This document shows positions 12,505 to 21,046 of a stretch of DNA of 32,000 nt, in pieces. The notes beneath the pieces were generated by a model, which searched no databases, was not told the origin of the DNA, and worked only from the letters and a program-made list of their open reading frames with translations. Where the stretch lies: positions 1,380,001 through 1,412,000 of the forward strand of contig NZ_CP080507.1 in NCBI RefSeq assembly GCF_019464535.1, read 5' to 3'. The stretch's first letter is position 1. Every line of letters begins with the position of its first letter. The stretch comes from Horticoccus luteus (lineage in GTDB: Bacteria; Verrucomicrobiota; Verrucomicrobiia; Opitutales; Opitutaceae). The translations under genes and the position numbers were made by a program.

Positions 12505-13980
12505 ATGAGCACTACTTCCGCCAATAAAAAGGGTCACACCGCCCACACGCAAGATGCCGCGACCCGCGGCCTGCCCGGCACGATCGAGCGGCCGATCAAG
12601 ATAACGATGCTCGGGGCCGGTTCGGCGTTCACGCCGCGCCTCATGAACGACATTTTGCGCATCCCGGGCGAACAGGGAGGCACGATCGCACTCGTCGATA
12701 TCGATCGCGACCGGTTGAAGACGATGCATCGCCTCATCCAGAAGCTTTGCGCGCAGCTCGGGAAAACCAACTGGACCGTGGTCGCGTCGGCGAAGCGCCG
12801 GGACGTGATGGCGGATTCGGATTATATTGTGAATTGCATCGAAGTGAGCGGCACGGCGTGCGTGCGGTTCGACAACGACATCCCGGCGAAATACGGGATC
12901 GACCAGTGCATCGGCGACACGATCGGACCGGGCGGTTTGTTCAAGTCGCTGCGCACGATTCCGGTGTTCCTGCAGGTGTTGAAGGATGCTGAGGAGCTGT
13001 GTCCGCAGGCGATCGTGCTCAACTACACGAATCCGATGGCGATGATGTGTCTGGCGGCGGGGCGCACGTCGTCGATGGAGCTCGTGGGATTGTGTCACTC
13101 GGTGCAGGGCACGAGCCATTTGCTTGCGGAGCGCGCGGGCGTGCCGGTGGCGGAGATGGATTGGGAGTGCGCGGGCATCAATCACCTCGCGTGGTTCACC
13201 AAGCTCGAGCACCGCGGCCGCGATCTCTACCCGTTGTTGAAGCGCAAGGCGGCGGCGGACCTAGAGAAGGCGTTCAAGGAAGGTCGGCCGAAGAATCCGA
13301 AGCGGAAAAATCATCACGAGTGGGAGGCGCCGGAGTGGCACCGCGACATCGTGCGCAAGGACATGATGCTGCACTTTGGGGCGTTCATTACGGAGTCGAG
13401 CGGCCACTTGTCGGAATATCTCCCGTATTATCGGAAGCGGAAGGACCTCGTGGAGCGCTACAGCCGCGAAGGATATGACGGCGGCACGAGTTTTTACGCG
13501 GACAACTGGCCGACGTGGCGGAAGAACGCGGATCAAGAGCGCGCGGACATGGTGGCGGGCAAAACGCCGACCGAGTGGGAGCGCAGTTGGGAGTATGCGA
13601 GCTGGATCATCGAAGCGCGGGAGAAGGATACGCCGTTCCGGATTCACGGCAACGTGATGAACAACCACAAAGGCGCGGGGCAGCTCATTACGAATCTGCC
13701 CGCGGACGGCTGCGTGGAAGTGGCGTGCATGATCGACCAGAACGGCATCAATCCCACTCGTTACGGTTCACTGCCGGCGCAGATGGCGGGGTTGTGCGCT
13801 TCGAACATGCGGATGTTTGACCTCGGCGCGCAGGCGGCGATCGAGCGCAGCAAGGAGCTGGCGATTTATGCGCTGATGCTCGATCCGTTAACGGCGGCGG
13901 TGTGCAGCACGGCCGAGATCAAGGCGATGACGCTGGAAATGTTTGCGGCCGAGAAGGCGTTTTTGCCCGGTTATAAGTGA
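12505..13980 (+). CDS. Glycoside hydrolase family 4 (NAD/Mn-dependent alpha-glucosidase/alpha-galactosidase)
   Basis: IKITMLGAGSAFTPRL (Rossmann), NYTNPMAMM, GLCHSVQGT and GINHLAWF are GH4 signatures. The length is consistent with AglA/MelA-type enzymes. Confidence 0.8.
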   Translation: MSTTSANKKGHTAHTQDAATRGLPGTIERPIKITMLGAGSAFTPRLMNDILRIPGEQGGTIALVDIDRDRLKTMHRLIQKLCAQLGKTNWTVVASAKRRDVMADSDYIVNCIEVSGTACVRFDNDIPAKYGIDQCIGDTIGPGGLFKSLRTIPVFLQVLKDAEELCPQAIVLNYTNPMAMMCLAAGRTSSMELVGLCHSVQGTSHLLAERAGVPVAEMDWECAGINHLAWFTKLEHRGRDLYPLLKRKAAADLEKAFKEGRPKNPKRKNHHEWEAPEWHRDIVRKDMMLHFGAFITESSGHLSEYLPYYRKRKDLVERYSREGYDGGTSFYADNWPTWRKNADQERADMVAGKTPTEWERSWEYASWIIEAREKDTPFRIHGNVMNNHKGAGQLITNLPADGCVEVACMIDQNGINPTRYGSLPAQMAGLCASNMRMFDLGAQAAIERSKELAIYALMLDPLTAAVCSTAEIKAMTLEMFAAEKAFLPGYK

Positions 13981-13992
13981 ACCGGCACGCGC

Positions 13993-14021
13993 GCGCCCGC
14001 GAGCGGTGAGAACGCGGGCGC
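13993..14021 (+). terminator. Hairpin downstream of the GH4 gene (terminator-like)
   Basis: GCGCCCGCG (13993-14001) pairs with CGCGGGCGC (14013-14021) across an 11-nt loop, 13 nt after the stop. No U-tract follows. Confidence 0.35.
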
Positions 14022-14074
14022 CGTTAACGTCATCCCTTCTGCGACGGCGACGGCAGGGAAGGGCGAGAACTGAT

Positions 14075-14095
14075 GCGCGGCCGCCTTGGCCGCGC
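14075..14095 (-). terminator. Hairpin downstream of the TPR gene (terminator-like)
   Basis: GCGCGGCC (14075-14082) pairs with GGCCGCGC (14088-14095) across a 5-nt loop, in the convergent spacer 41 nt past the TPR gene stop. Confidence 0.3.
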
Positions 14096-14135
14096 CGTGG
14101 AATGCCTTGATGCGCCGGCGCGAAGCCGCGGCGGA

Positions 14136-14510
14136 TCAGGCGCTTTGCTTGAGCTGGTCGAGCAGCGAAGAAAATTCCGGCCGCGTCTTCAACGGCTCGA
14201 GATCAGGATCCTGCCGCATCCAGTCGGCGTCGCGGTAGCCGAGCGCGATGGCGTCGCGCAGGGACTTGAGTGCCGCGGCGGGGCGCTGCGAAAGGGCGAG
14301 GCTGCACGCGAGATTGTAATGGGCGGTGGCGTTGCGCGGTTGAAGGCGCACGAGCTTGCGGTCCATTTTCAAACCGTCGGGGATGCGGCCGTTTTTCGTG
14401 TAGAGGCCGCCGAGCAGCTCCACGACCTCGGCATATTGCGCATCGCGCCGGAGAATATTTTCAAAAAATCCGATCTCAAAGTCAGGATCGTGCTTGGTCT
14501 CTTTGGCCAT
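14136..14510 (-). CDS. Small TPR-repeat protein
   Basis: From ATG 14510: ..AEVVELLGGLYTKNGRIPDGLKMDRKLVRLQPRNATAHYNLACSLALSQRPAAALKSLRDAIALGYRD.. shows TPR-like helix pairs. The start is 11 nt after the Fur-like gene stop. Confidence 0.6.
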   Translation of the reverse strand: MAKETKHDPDFEIGFFENILRRDAQYAEVVELLGGLYTKNGRIPDGLKMDRKLVRLQPRNATAHYNLACSLALSQRPAAALKSLRDAIALGYRDADWMRQDPDLEPLKTRPEFSSLLDQLKQSA

Positions 14511-14521
14511 GATAGCGGGGG

Positions 14522-15058
14522 CTAGCCGTGACGCGGACAATCGCCGGTGGTGCGGAAGCGATCGCACTGGGCGCTGACTTGCAGGCGTTGGGAGACAGGG
14601 GTCAGACCGAGTTTCGAGGAGACGGTGCTGCCATACCACGACATGAACGGCGCGCTGATTTCGAAGATCTTATCGCAATCGGTGCAGACGACTTGGGCGA
14701 CCTGGCTGTTGTTGTCGGCGATGGGGCGGTAGAATTTTTCGCCGCTGCCGATGTCGACCTCGCGCAACAGCCCGCCTTCGGTCATGATGGGCAGGGTGCG
14801 ATAGACGGTGGCGCGGGAAACGGAATCATCGATGGCGCGGGCGTGGTCGAGGAGTTGTTCGGCGGTGAAATGATCGGTGCGCGCGAGGGCCGCTTCCAGA
14901 ATGGCCATCCGCTGGTTGGTGACGCGGAGCCCCTTCTGGGTGAGGAAGACCTTAAAACGTTCACGGGCGGACGGGGAGCTCACGGGGGCAATGTCGGAAT
15001 GGGTTTTAGGGGTGTCAACCGGGAAGGCGGATGAGGGCGCTACAGGGAAAGAGCGCAC
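14522..15058 (-). CDS. Fur-family transcriptional regulator (atypical metal-site residues)
   Basis: [31 protein letters not shown]......[21 protein letters not shown] is the Fur winged-helix, and a CxxC (CTDC) is present. There is no ATG upstream of the HTH. Candidate starts are GTG 15058 (ORF track) or GTG 14983, so the start is uncertain. Confidence 0.7.
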   Translation of the reverse strand: MRSFPVAPSSAFPVDTPKTHSDIAPVSSPSARERFKVFLTQKGLRVTNQRMAILEAALARTDHFTAEQLLDHARAIDDSVSRATVYRTLPIMTEGGLLREVDIGSGEKFYRPIADNNSQVAQVVCTDCDKIFEISAPFMSWYGSTVSSKLGLTPVSQRLQVSAQCDRFRTTGDCPRHG

Positions 15059-15339
15059 GCTGTCGCAAAGCGTGGAGCGCCAAGCGTCAGGCGTGGCAAG
15101 TCACGCGAGCGTGGGCGGGCGAAGGGCGGGCGAGACGGCGAGCACGTGAACACCCTGTCAGTCACCGGAAACGAATGGAGCAGAGGCGGTTGACGGGAGC
15201 GGACGCACGCAGAGAAGGGCGAAGGCTTAGGCGGGCCGCGGCGGCGCTGGGATGCGTGAATCCCGCCCCAGGATGACGTCGTGCGCGTGGGGAACGTGCG
15301 GCGCGAAACGCGTTGCCATGCGGAGGCAGCGGCGGCGTG

Positions 15340-17586
15340 ATGCGCGGCATGATTGTCGGGGTGCATCCGCTCGCGGGATTCGACAAGCTCCTGCACTATA
15401 AGGTGCCGGAGGCGTTGCGCGCGGGCATGCAACTCGGGTTGCTGGTGCGCGTGCCGATCGGGCCGCGGGTGACGCTCGGTCTCGTGGGGCAAATGGGGGC
15501 GCCGACGGACTTTCCGGTCGAGAAGCTGAAGCCGGTCACGCAGATTGTTTATCCATTTCCTGCGCTGCCGGCGGACTTGCTGGAACTCGCGCGTTGGATG
15601 AGCCGTTACTATGCGGCGCCACTGGATGGGATCATTGAAACGATGATTCCGGGGGCGGTGCGGCACGGTGCGGCGTTGAAGCAGGAAAAGCTGCTTTCCC
15701 TCGCGAGGCGGTTGGCGCCCGATGAACTGGCGGCATTGGAAAAACGTGCGCCGCAGCAGGCGCGACTGTATCAGTTTCTCGCGCAGCAATTCAAGGCGCA
15801 GCCGAAGAGTCTGGTGTTGTCGCGGCTCGGGCAGACGGCGGCGGTGGTGAATGCGTTGATGAAACGCGGGGTGGTGCAGGAGGAAGCGCAGCGCGTGGAG
15901 CGCATTGCGTATGCCGATGGCTTCGCCCACGGCGAACTCGTGGCGGCGCAACCGCACGCGCTCAACGCCGAGCAGCAGGCGGCGGCAGAGGCGGTGGCGG
16001 CGGCGCTGGCGGAAGAGAAATTCAGTGTGACGCTGCTCCACGGCGTGACGGGCTCGGGGAAGACGGAAGTCTACCTGCGCGCGATCGATGCGGCGCTCAA
16101 GGCGGGCGGTGGCGTGGTGTTTCTCGTGCCGGAGGTGGCGCTGACGCCGCAGACGGTGGCGCGGTTGCGTTCGCGGCTGGAGGCGATCGCGCCGGGGCAT
16201 CAGTGCGTGGTGTGGCACAGTCATTTGAGCGAAGGTGAGCGGCTCGACGGCTGGTTTGCCTTGGCCACGGGAGAGGCCCGCGTGGTCGTGGGAGCGCGCT
16301 CGGCGATTTTCGCGCCGGTGCGCGATTTGCGGTTGATCGTCGTCGATGAGGAACACGAGCCCGCCTACAAGCAGGATGAAACGCCGCGCTATCACGGACG
16401 CGATGTGGCGGTGTATCGCGCGAAGTTGAACCGGGCGGTCGGCCTGCTGGGCTCGGCGACGCCGTCGTTGGAAAGTTTCGTCAATGCGCAGGCGGGCAAA
16501 TACCGCCTGCTGCGGCTGACGCAGCGGGTGGATGCGCGCAAGCTGCCCGATATCGACATCGTGGACATGCGCATTGAAGCGATGCGCCAGCGGACGCTGC
16601 CGACGCTGTCGCGGCGCCTGGTGGACGCGATGCACCGGCGGTTCGAGCGGAAGGAGCAGACGATCTTGTTCATCAACCGCCGGGGCTATTCGTCGTCGAT
16701 GCTGTGCACCGATTGCGGCCAGGTGGAAGAGTGTGAGCATTGCAGCATCACGATGACGTATCATCGGGCGGACGAAGTGTTGCGGTGCCATTTATGCGGC
16801 GCGGAGCGGCCGGCGCCGCTGGTGTGTCCCAAATGCCGTTCGCCGAAGATCCGCTGGCGTGGGCTGGGCACGCAACGGGTGGAGGAGTCTGTGCGCCGGG
16901 TGCTGCCGCGCGCGCGGATCGAGCGGATGGATACGGACACGATGGCGAAGAAGAACCGGTTTCGGGAGGTGTTGATGGAGTTTCGCGCGGGGAAAATCGA
17001 TGTGCTCGTGGGCACGCAGATGATCGGAAAGGGGCTGGATTTTCCGAACGTGACGCTGGTGGGGCTGATCGACGCAGACATCTCCATGCACATTCCGGAT
17101 TTCCGCGCGAACGAGCGGACGTTTCAGTTGCTGGTGCAAGTGGCGGGACGGGCGGGGCGGGGTGACCGGGCGGGCGAGGTGGTGGTGCAGACGTTCACAC
17201 CGCAGGCGGAGGCGATTCAATTTTCGCGGCACGCGGATTTCGAAGGCTTCGCGGAGTCGGAGTTGAAGCTGCGGCGGGATTTTCGTTATCCGCCATTCCG
17301 GCATTTGATTCACCATCTGTTTCGCGGCCAGAATCCGGAGAAGCTGCAATTTTTCGCGGAGCAATGGGCGAAGCGAGTGGAGCAGGTGTTTGGCGATCGG
17401 GTGGAGTTGCGGGGCCCGTCGCCGTCGCCGATCGAGAAGATCAAGGACCACTACCGCTGGCAGGTCTGGTATTTCACGGCGTCGGCGACAAAGGTGGTGC
17501 CGGAGTTGGTGAAGTTGCGCGCGGAGTTTGCGTGGCCGGATGACATCACGCAGGTGCTGGACGTGGACCCGGTGAATTTGTCGTAG
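15340..17586 (+). CDS. priA: Primosomal protein N' (replication restart helicase PriA)
   Basis: Walker A is LLHGVTGSGKTEVY and the DEAH-like box is VVDEEHE. The Cys-rich Zn module is CTDCGQVEECEHCSITMTYHRADEVLRCHLCGAERPAPLVCPKCRS. Motif VI is QVAGRAGRG. Start at ATG 15340, or possibly 15349. Confidence 0.9.
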   Translation: MRGMIVGVHPLAGFDKLLHYKVPEALRAGMQLGLLVRVPIGPRVTLGLVGQMGAPTDFPVEKLKPVTQIVYPFPALPADLLELARWMSRYYAAPLDGIIETMIPGAVRHGAALKQEKLLSLARRLAPDELAALEKRAPQQARLYQFLAQQFKAQPKSLVLSRLGQTAAVVNALMKRGVVQEEAQRVERIAYADGFAHGELVAAQPHALNAEQQAAAEAVAAALAEEKFSVTLLHGVTGSGKTEVYLRAIDAALKAGGGVVFLVPEVALTPQTVARLRSRLEAIAPGHQCVVWHSHLSEGERLDGWFALATGEARVVVGARSAIFAPVRDLRLIVVDEEHEPAYKQDETPRYHGRDVAVYRAKLNRAVGLLGSATPSLESFVNAQAGKYRLLRLTQRVDARKLPDIDIVDMRIEAMRQRTLPTLSRRLVDAMHRRFERKEQTILFINRRGYSSSMLCTDCGQVEECEHCSITMTYHRADEVLRCHLCGAERPAPLVCPKCRSPKIRWRGLGTQRVEESVRRVLPRARIERMDTDTMAKKNRFREVLMEFRAGKIDVLVGTQMIGKGLDFPNVTLVGLIDADISMHIPDFRANERTFQLLVQVAGRAGRGDRAGEVVVQTFTPQAEAIQFSRHADFEGFAESELKLRRDFRYPPFRHLIHHLFRGQNPEKLQFFAEQWAKRVEQVFGDRVELRGPSPSPIEKIKDHYRWQVWYFTASATKVVPELVKLRAEFAWPDDITQVLDVDPVNLS

Positions 17587-17731
17587 AGGGGAGTTTGCCG
17601 GCAGAGAGCGGACGCAGCGGAATTTGGCGCATGGTCGTGCGCAGCGGCGTGCGAGGTGAAATCAGGCGGGCCGGCGCGGGAATTTGCGTTGCGAGGTGGC
17701 CGGGGAGCGCGTTGAACGAAGGGCGTCCCGC

Positions 17732-18298
17732 ATGTTCAACCCCGAGGAACAGCCTGAGGCCGGAAGCGAGCGCCCGCGCGGTGCAGGGCGGCGCGCCTTC
17801 ACGCTGGTGGAGTTGTTGACGGTGATCGCGATCATCGCGGTGCTGGCGGGGATCACGATCGGCGCGGCGCGGGGCGTGAAGGAACGTGCGGCCCGGTCGC
17901 GGGCGAAGGGGGAACTGGCGGCGGTGTCGGTCGCGCTTGAATCCTACAAAAGGCAATATGGCGACTATCCGGAAACGAAGGATGCAGCCGCGCTGCTGCA
18001 ATGCCTGATCGGCAAACGCGGTCCGACGGGCGCGGCGATGACGGGGCGATCGATGCTCGAAACCGCGCGTTTCAGCCTGAGCGCGGACCCAACCACAGAC
18101 GTGACTGCGACGTTGCAGGATCCTTGGGCGCGCGCGTACGAGTATCATTACAAGACGGATCCGGCGGCGACGTGGCGCGCCCCGGGTTACGTGCTGTATT
18201 CCGCCGGGCCGGACGGCGCAGACGATACGCCGGCAGCGGACGGAGCACTTGATGCGACGACTGCGGCAAACGCCGATAATATTTACGCGAACCAATGA
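17732..18298 (+). CDS. gspG: GspG-like major pseudopilin (prepilin-type N-terminal methylation domain)
   Basis: RRA/FTLVELLTVIAIIAVLAGI is a class-III signal. ..RAKGELAAVSVALESYKRQYGDYPET.., LQDPWARAYEY and YVLYSAGPDGADD resemble conserved GspG blocks. The leader is about 22 aa if the start is ATG 17732. Confidence 0.75.
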   Translation: MFNPEEQPEAGSERPRGAGRRAFTLVELLTVIAIIAVLAGITIGAARGVKERAARSRAKGELAAVSVALESYKRQYGDYPETKDAAALLQCLIGKRGPTGAAMTGRSMLETARFSLSADPTTDVTATLQDPWARAYEYHYKTDPAATWRAPGYVLYSAGPDGADDTPAADGALDATTAANADNIYANQ

Positions 18299-18924
18299 GT
18301 CAGCCCGAACATCGCCGTGCCGCGTTTACGCTGATCGAATTGCTCACCGTGATCGCGATCATCGCGATTCTCGCGGGCATCCTGATTCCGACGGTGAGCG
18401 GCGTACGCGTTTCGGCAAAGAAAGCGGAGACGAAGGTGCGCTTCAGTCAATGGGCGTCGGCGATGGAGCAGTTTAAGCAGGAGTATGGTTATTATCCGGC
18501 AATCGACAGCGGCGGCACGGCCAACAAGATCAATCCGGCGCGGTTCGCGGGCGCGCTGACGGGGCGTCGACTCGACGGCACGGCGTTTGCCTCGACCACC
18601 GACCTGGATCTGGCGGGCAACAAGCGAATGATCGCGTTCTATTCGCTGACAGAACGGGAACTGAACGCAGATCGGACGGCGTTGGTGGACGCATTTGGCA
18701 ATACGGATTTTGCCGTTTACTACGACAAGGATGGCGACGGGCACATCACGACAGCGGACACGGGAGGCGCTGGACCGGTAGCGGTTGCAGGAGACGCCCA
18801 GGCCTTGTCGCCGGTCAGCACGGACGTGGATTTGACTACGACGCAGGGCGTGCGAGCGACCGTAGTATTCTATTCGGCGGGCAAGGGCGACAGTGCGAGT
18901 GACATTATTTACAGTTGGAAATGA
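18295..18924 (+). CDS. Prepilin-type N-terminal domain protein (extra G-like pseudopilin) with an EF-hand-like loop
   Basis: MSQPEHRRAA/FTLIELLTVIAIIAILAGILIP. The stretch GTGATCGCGATCATCGCG is identical at DNA level to the previous gene. Its ATG overlaps the upstream stop (ATGA at 18295-18298). Contains DKDGDGHITTAD. Confidence 0.75.
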   Translation: MSQPEHRRAAFTLIELLTVIAIIAILAGILIPTVSGVRVSAKKAETKVRFSQWASAMEQFKQEYGYYPAIDSGGTANKINPARFAGALTGRRLDGTAFASTTDLDLAGNKRMIAFYSLTERELNADRTALVDAFGNTDFAVYYDKDGDGHITTADTGGAGPVAVAGDAQALSPVSTDVDLTTTQGVRATVVFYSAGKGDSASDIIYSWK

Positions 18925-19580
18925 GGCTCCGTCGTCGAGGCTTCACATTGGTCGAATTGCTGGTGGTGATTGGCATCATTGCACTCACGGCGGGCGTCCT
19001 CGGTATGGCGTTTCGCGGGGCCAGCGCGTCGACCGGTTTACAGGCGGCGCAGAACTGTCTCGCCACCGTGCTGGCGGGGGCCCGCGGGCAGGCGGCTTTG
19101 GGGCAGGCGGAAGCGGCGGTGATCGTCGATGCCGACCCGGCGAGCGCCACGTATTTGCGGGCGGTGGGCGTGGCAACACGGCAGTCCGGAGCGACCCAAT
19201 TTGTCTTCGCGGGCGACTGGCTTGTGTTGCCAGATGGCGTCTATATCGTGCCGCCCAATTCAGCGAGCGCGGGCACCTCGTTTGAGATCGATAGTGGGGC
19301 GGGTGGCGCGTGGACGCCGGAAAGCTTTTCATCGCTGCTGGCGCCCTCGAATTCGGACGTGCGCAAGAGCGATGGCACGTCCGCCGGGATGGTGATGAGG
19401 TTGGATGCCACCATCTCGCCAGTGGGTCGGGTGACATCGGCGGGCGAGGTGCGGCTGGCAGTGGCAGCGGCGCGGCGCAGCGCAGATACAATTATTTTCG
19501 GCCACCCAGCGGCGGAGCGCGGTGTGCTGGTGAGCGCTTACGGCGCCGTGATTTTCGTCAATGATGCGAGCGCGTTTTAG
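18921..19580 (+). CDS. Minor pseudopilin, GspH/FimU-like
   Basis: MRLRRRG/FTLVELLVVIGIIALTAGVL, followed by ..LQAAQNCLATVLAGARGQAAL.., as in GspH-type proteins. There is an ATGA overlap at 18921-18924. Confidence 0.65.
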   Translation: MRLRRRGFTLVELLVVIGIIALTAGVLGMAFRGASASTGLQAAQNCLATVLAGARGQAALGQAEAAVIVDADPASATYLRAVGVATRQSGATQFVFAGDWLVLPDGVYIVPPNSASAGTSFEIDSGAGGAWTPESFSSLLAPSNSDVRKSDGTSAGMVMRLDATISPVGRVTSAGEVRLAVAAARRSADTIIFGHPAAERGVLVSAYGAVIFVNDASAF

Positions 19581-20082
19581 TCGAGGATTTACCTTGGTCG
19601 AAGTCGTGCTCGCCGTGGGCGTGTTCGCGGTGACGATCGTGGGCCTGCTGGCGTTGTTGACGCCGACGGCAAAATCGACGGCGGAAATCTCAGACTACGC
19701 GCGAGCCAGTGCGCTGGGTGATGGCATCCAAGGGGAACTGGAACGGTTGCGCGATGCAAACGTGGGCGCTGGCCGGCTCGACGCGTTGCATGACGTGGTA
19801 GCAGCAAATACACCGTTGAAGTTGGTCGCGTCGGCCGACGCGACCCGCGTATTGCGCGAGAGCGATGCCGTCGCGGCAGGATTGTCGGAGCGGGACTGGC
19901 ACTTTCTCATCGAGATTAGAGAGCAGCCCGCACCGCTCAACTATACCGCAGGCGCAGCGTTTCTGGCGCTCACCGCGACGGTGAAATGGCCGTATAAAAT
20001 TCCCAGCGGTGAGACCGACGTGACCGACGCAGACCTTACACAGGCGTCGTCGTTGATGTTAAACTTTGCGATCTCACCATGA
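19561..20082 (+). CDS. Minor pseudopilin, GspI/PilV-like
   Basis: MMRARFSRG/FTLVEVVLAVGVFAVTIVGLLAL. Small size (173 aa). Overlaps the previous gene by 20 nt. Confidence 0.6.
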   Translation: MMRARFSRGFTLVEVVLAVGVFAVTIVGLLALLTPTAKSTAEISDYARASALGDGIQGELERLRDANVGAGRLDALHDVVAANTPLKLVASADATRVLRESDAVAAGLSERDWHFLIEIREQPAPLNYTAGAAFLALTATVKWPYKIPSGETDVTDADLTQASSLMLNFAISP

Positions 20083-21044
20083 AGCAAGCGCGTTCGGCGA
20101 AGGACGGCGGTCAAGCGACGTGGGCGTTTACGCTGTTGGAATTGCTGGTGGCAATGGCAATCACGGCGGCACTGGCGGGAGTGATGTTCGTTCTCTCGAC
20201 CAACGTGTTGCGGGTGTGGAATCGGACGCAAGGCACGTTGACGACGGAGGGACAGGCGCGGTTGGCGCTCGATTTACTCACCGAGGATCTGCAGGGCGCG
20301 CTCTATCGCAATGATGGTAATGTGTGGCTGGCCGCGACCGTGCAGACTGACACCGGCGCGAGCGGGCTGTGGGATGCGACGGTGAACAATGCGAACCCGA
20401 AGGCGTCGGGAGGAGATTGGGCGAACGTTGATTTCACCGAAGCGCGTTTCGGACTGGCGGGGGTGTGGTTGCGTTTTTTCACGACGGTGACGGCAGCCGG
20501 CGCGGGCGATGCGGACATTGCGGGGCCGGCGGCGGTGAGTTACCAGATCATCCGACGAGCAAGCCCTGGCGCGGACGGAACGGAGCCGCACTACCTGCTT
20601 TACCGCAGCGAAGTGACGCCGAAGGCCACCTTTGAAACGGGTTATAATCTCGATCCGGCGACAGGAGACTATCGGACAGGGTCAGTGGTGGAGGGCGAGG
20701 CGGGCAACGTGCTCACACCGCCGATCGCACGAGTGCTGGCAGACAATGTGATCGACTTTGGGGTGCGACTTTATGCGCGCGACACGAATGGGACGCTGAC
20801 CACGATATTTCCGGCGAGCGCTGCGGCGACGTCATACTTTGCGAAATCTCCGGCGTCGGCCGTGAGCGCGGGGGATCGATTCCCCGAAGTGATCGACGTT
20901 TCCCTGCGCGTGCTCACGCCCGAAGGCGTGAGGTTGATTCAAGCGCTGGAATCTGGGCAGACCCGAGGGGATTGGTGGTCGGTGGCGCTGGCCAATTCGC
21001 GGTTGTTCACGCGGCGGGTGAAGGTGGCCGCTAAGGGGTTTTGA
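20079..21044 (+). CDS. Minor pseudopilin, GspJ/PilW-like
   Basis: ..ATWA/FTLLELLVAMAITAALAGVMF....VWNRTQGTLTTEGQARLALDLLTEDLQGAL follows the GspJ/PilW N-terminal pattern. There is an ATGA overlap at 20079-20082. Confidence 0.65.
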   Translation: MKQARSAKDGGQATWAFTLLELLVAMAITAALAGVMFVLSTNVLRVWNRTQGTLTTEGQARLALDLLTEDLQGALYRNDGNVWLAATVQTDTGASGLWDATVNNANPKASGGDWANVDFTEARFGLAGVWLRFFTTVTAAGAGDADIAGPAAVSYQIIRRASPGADGTEPHYLLYRSEVTPKATFETGYNLDPATGDYRTGSVVEGEAGNVLTPPIARVLADNVIDFGVRLYARDTNGTLTTIFPASAAATSYFAKSPASAVSAGDRFPEVIDVSLRVLTPEGVRLIQALESGQTRGDWWSVALANSRLFTRRVKVAAKGF

Positions 21045-21046
21045 AC

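Noticed and set aside
15059-15339. Fur box upstream of the Fur-like gene
   Set aside because: The spacer is uniformly GC-rich with no 19-bp AT-rich inverted repeat resembling GATAATGATAATCATTATC.
17625-17640. Possible sigma-54 promoter (TGGCGC-N6-GTGC) upstream of the pseudopilin operon
   Set aside because: The GG-to-GC spacing is one nucleotide longer than the consensus TGGCAC-N5-TTGC, and the -12 element is poor. No enhancer-binding protein gene is nearby, so the evidence is insufficient.
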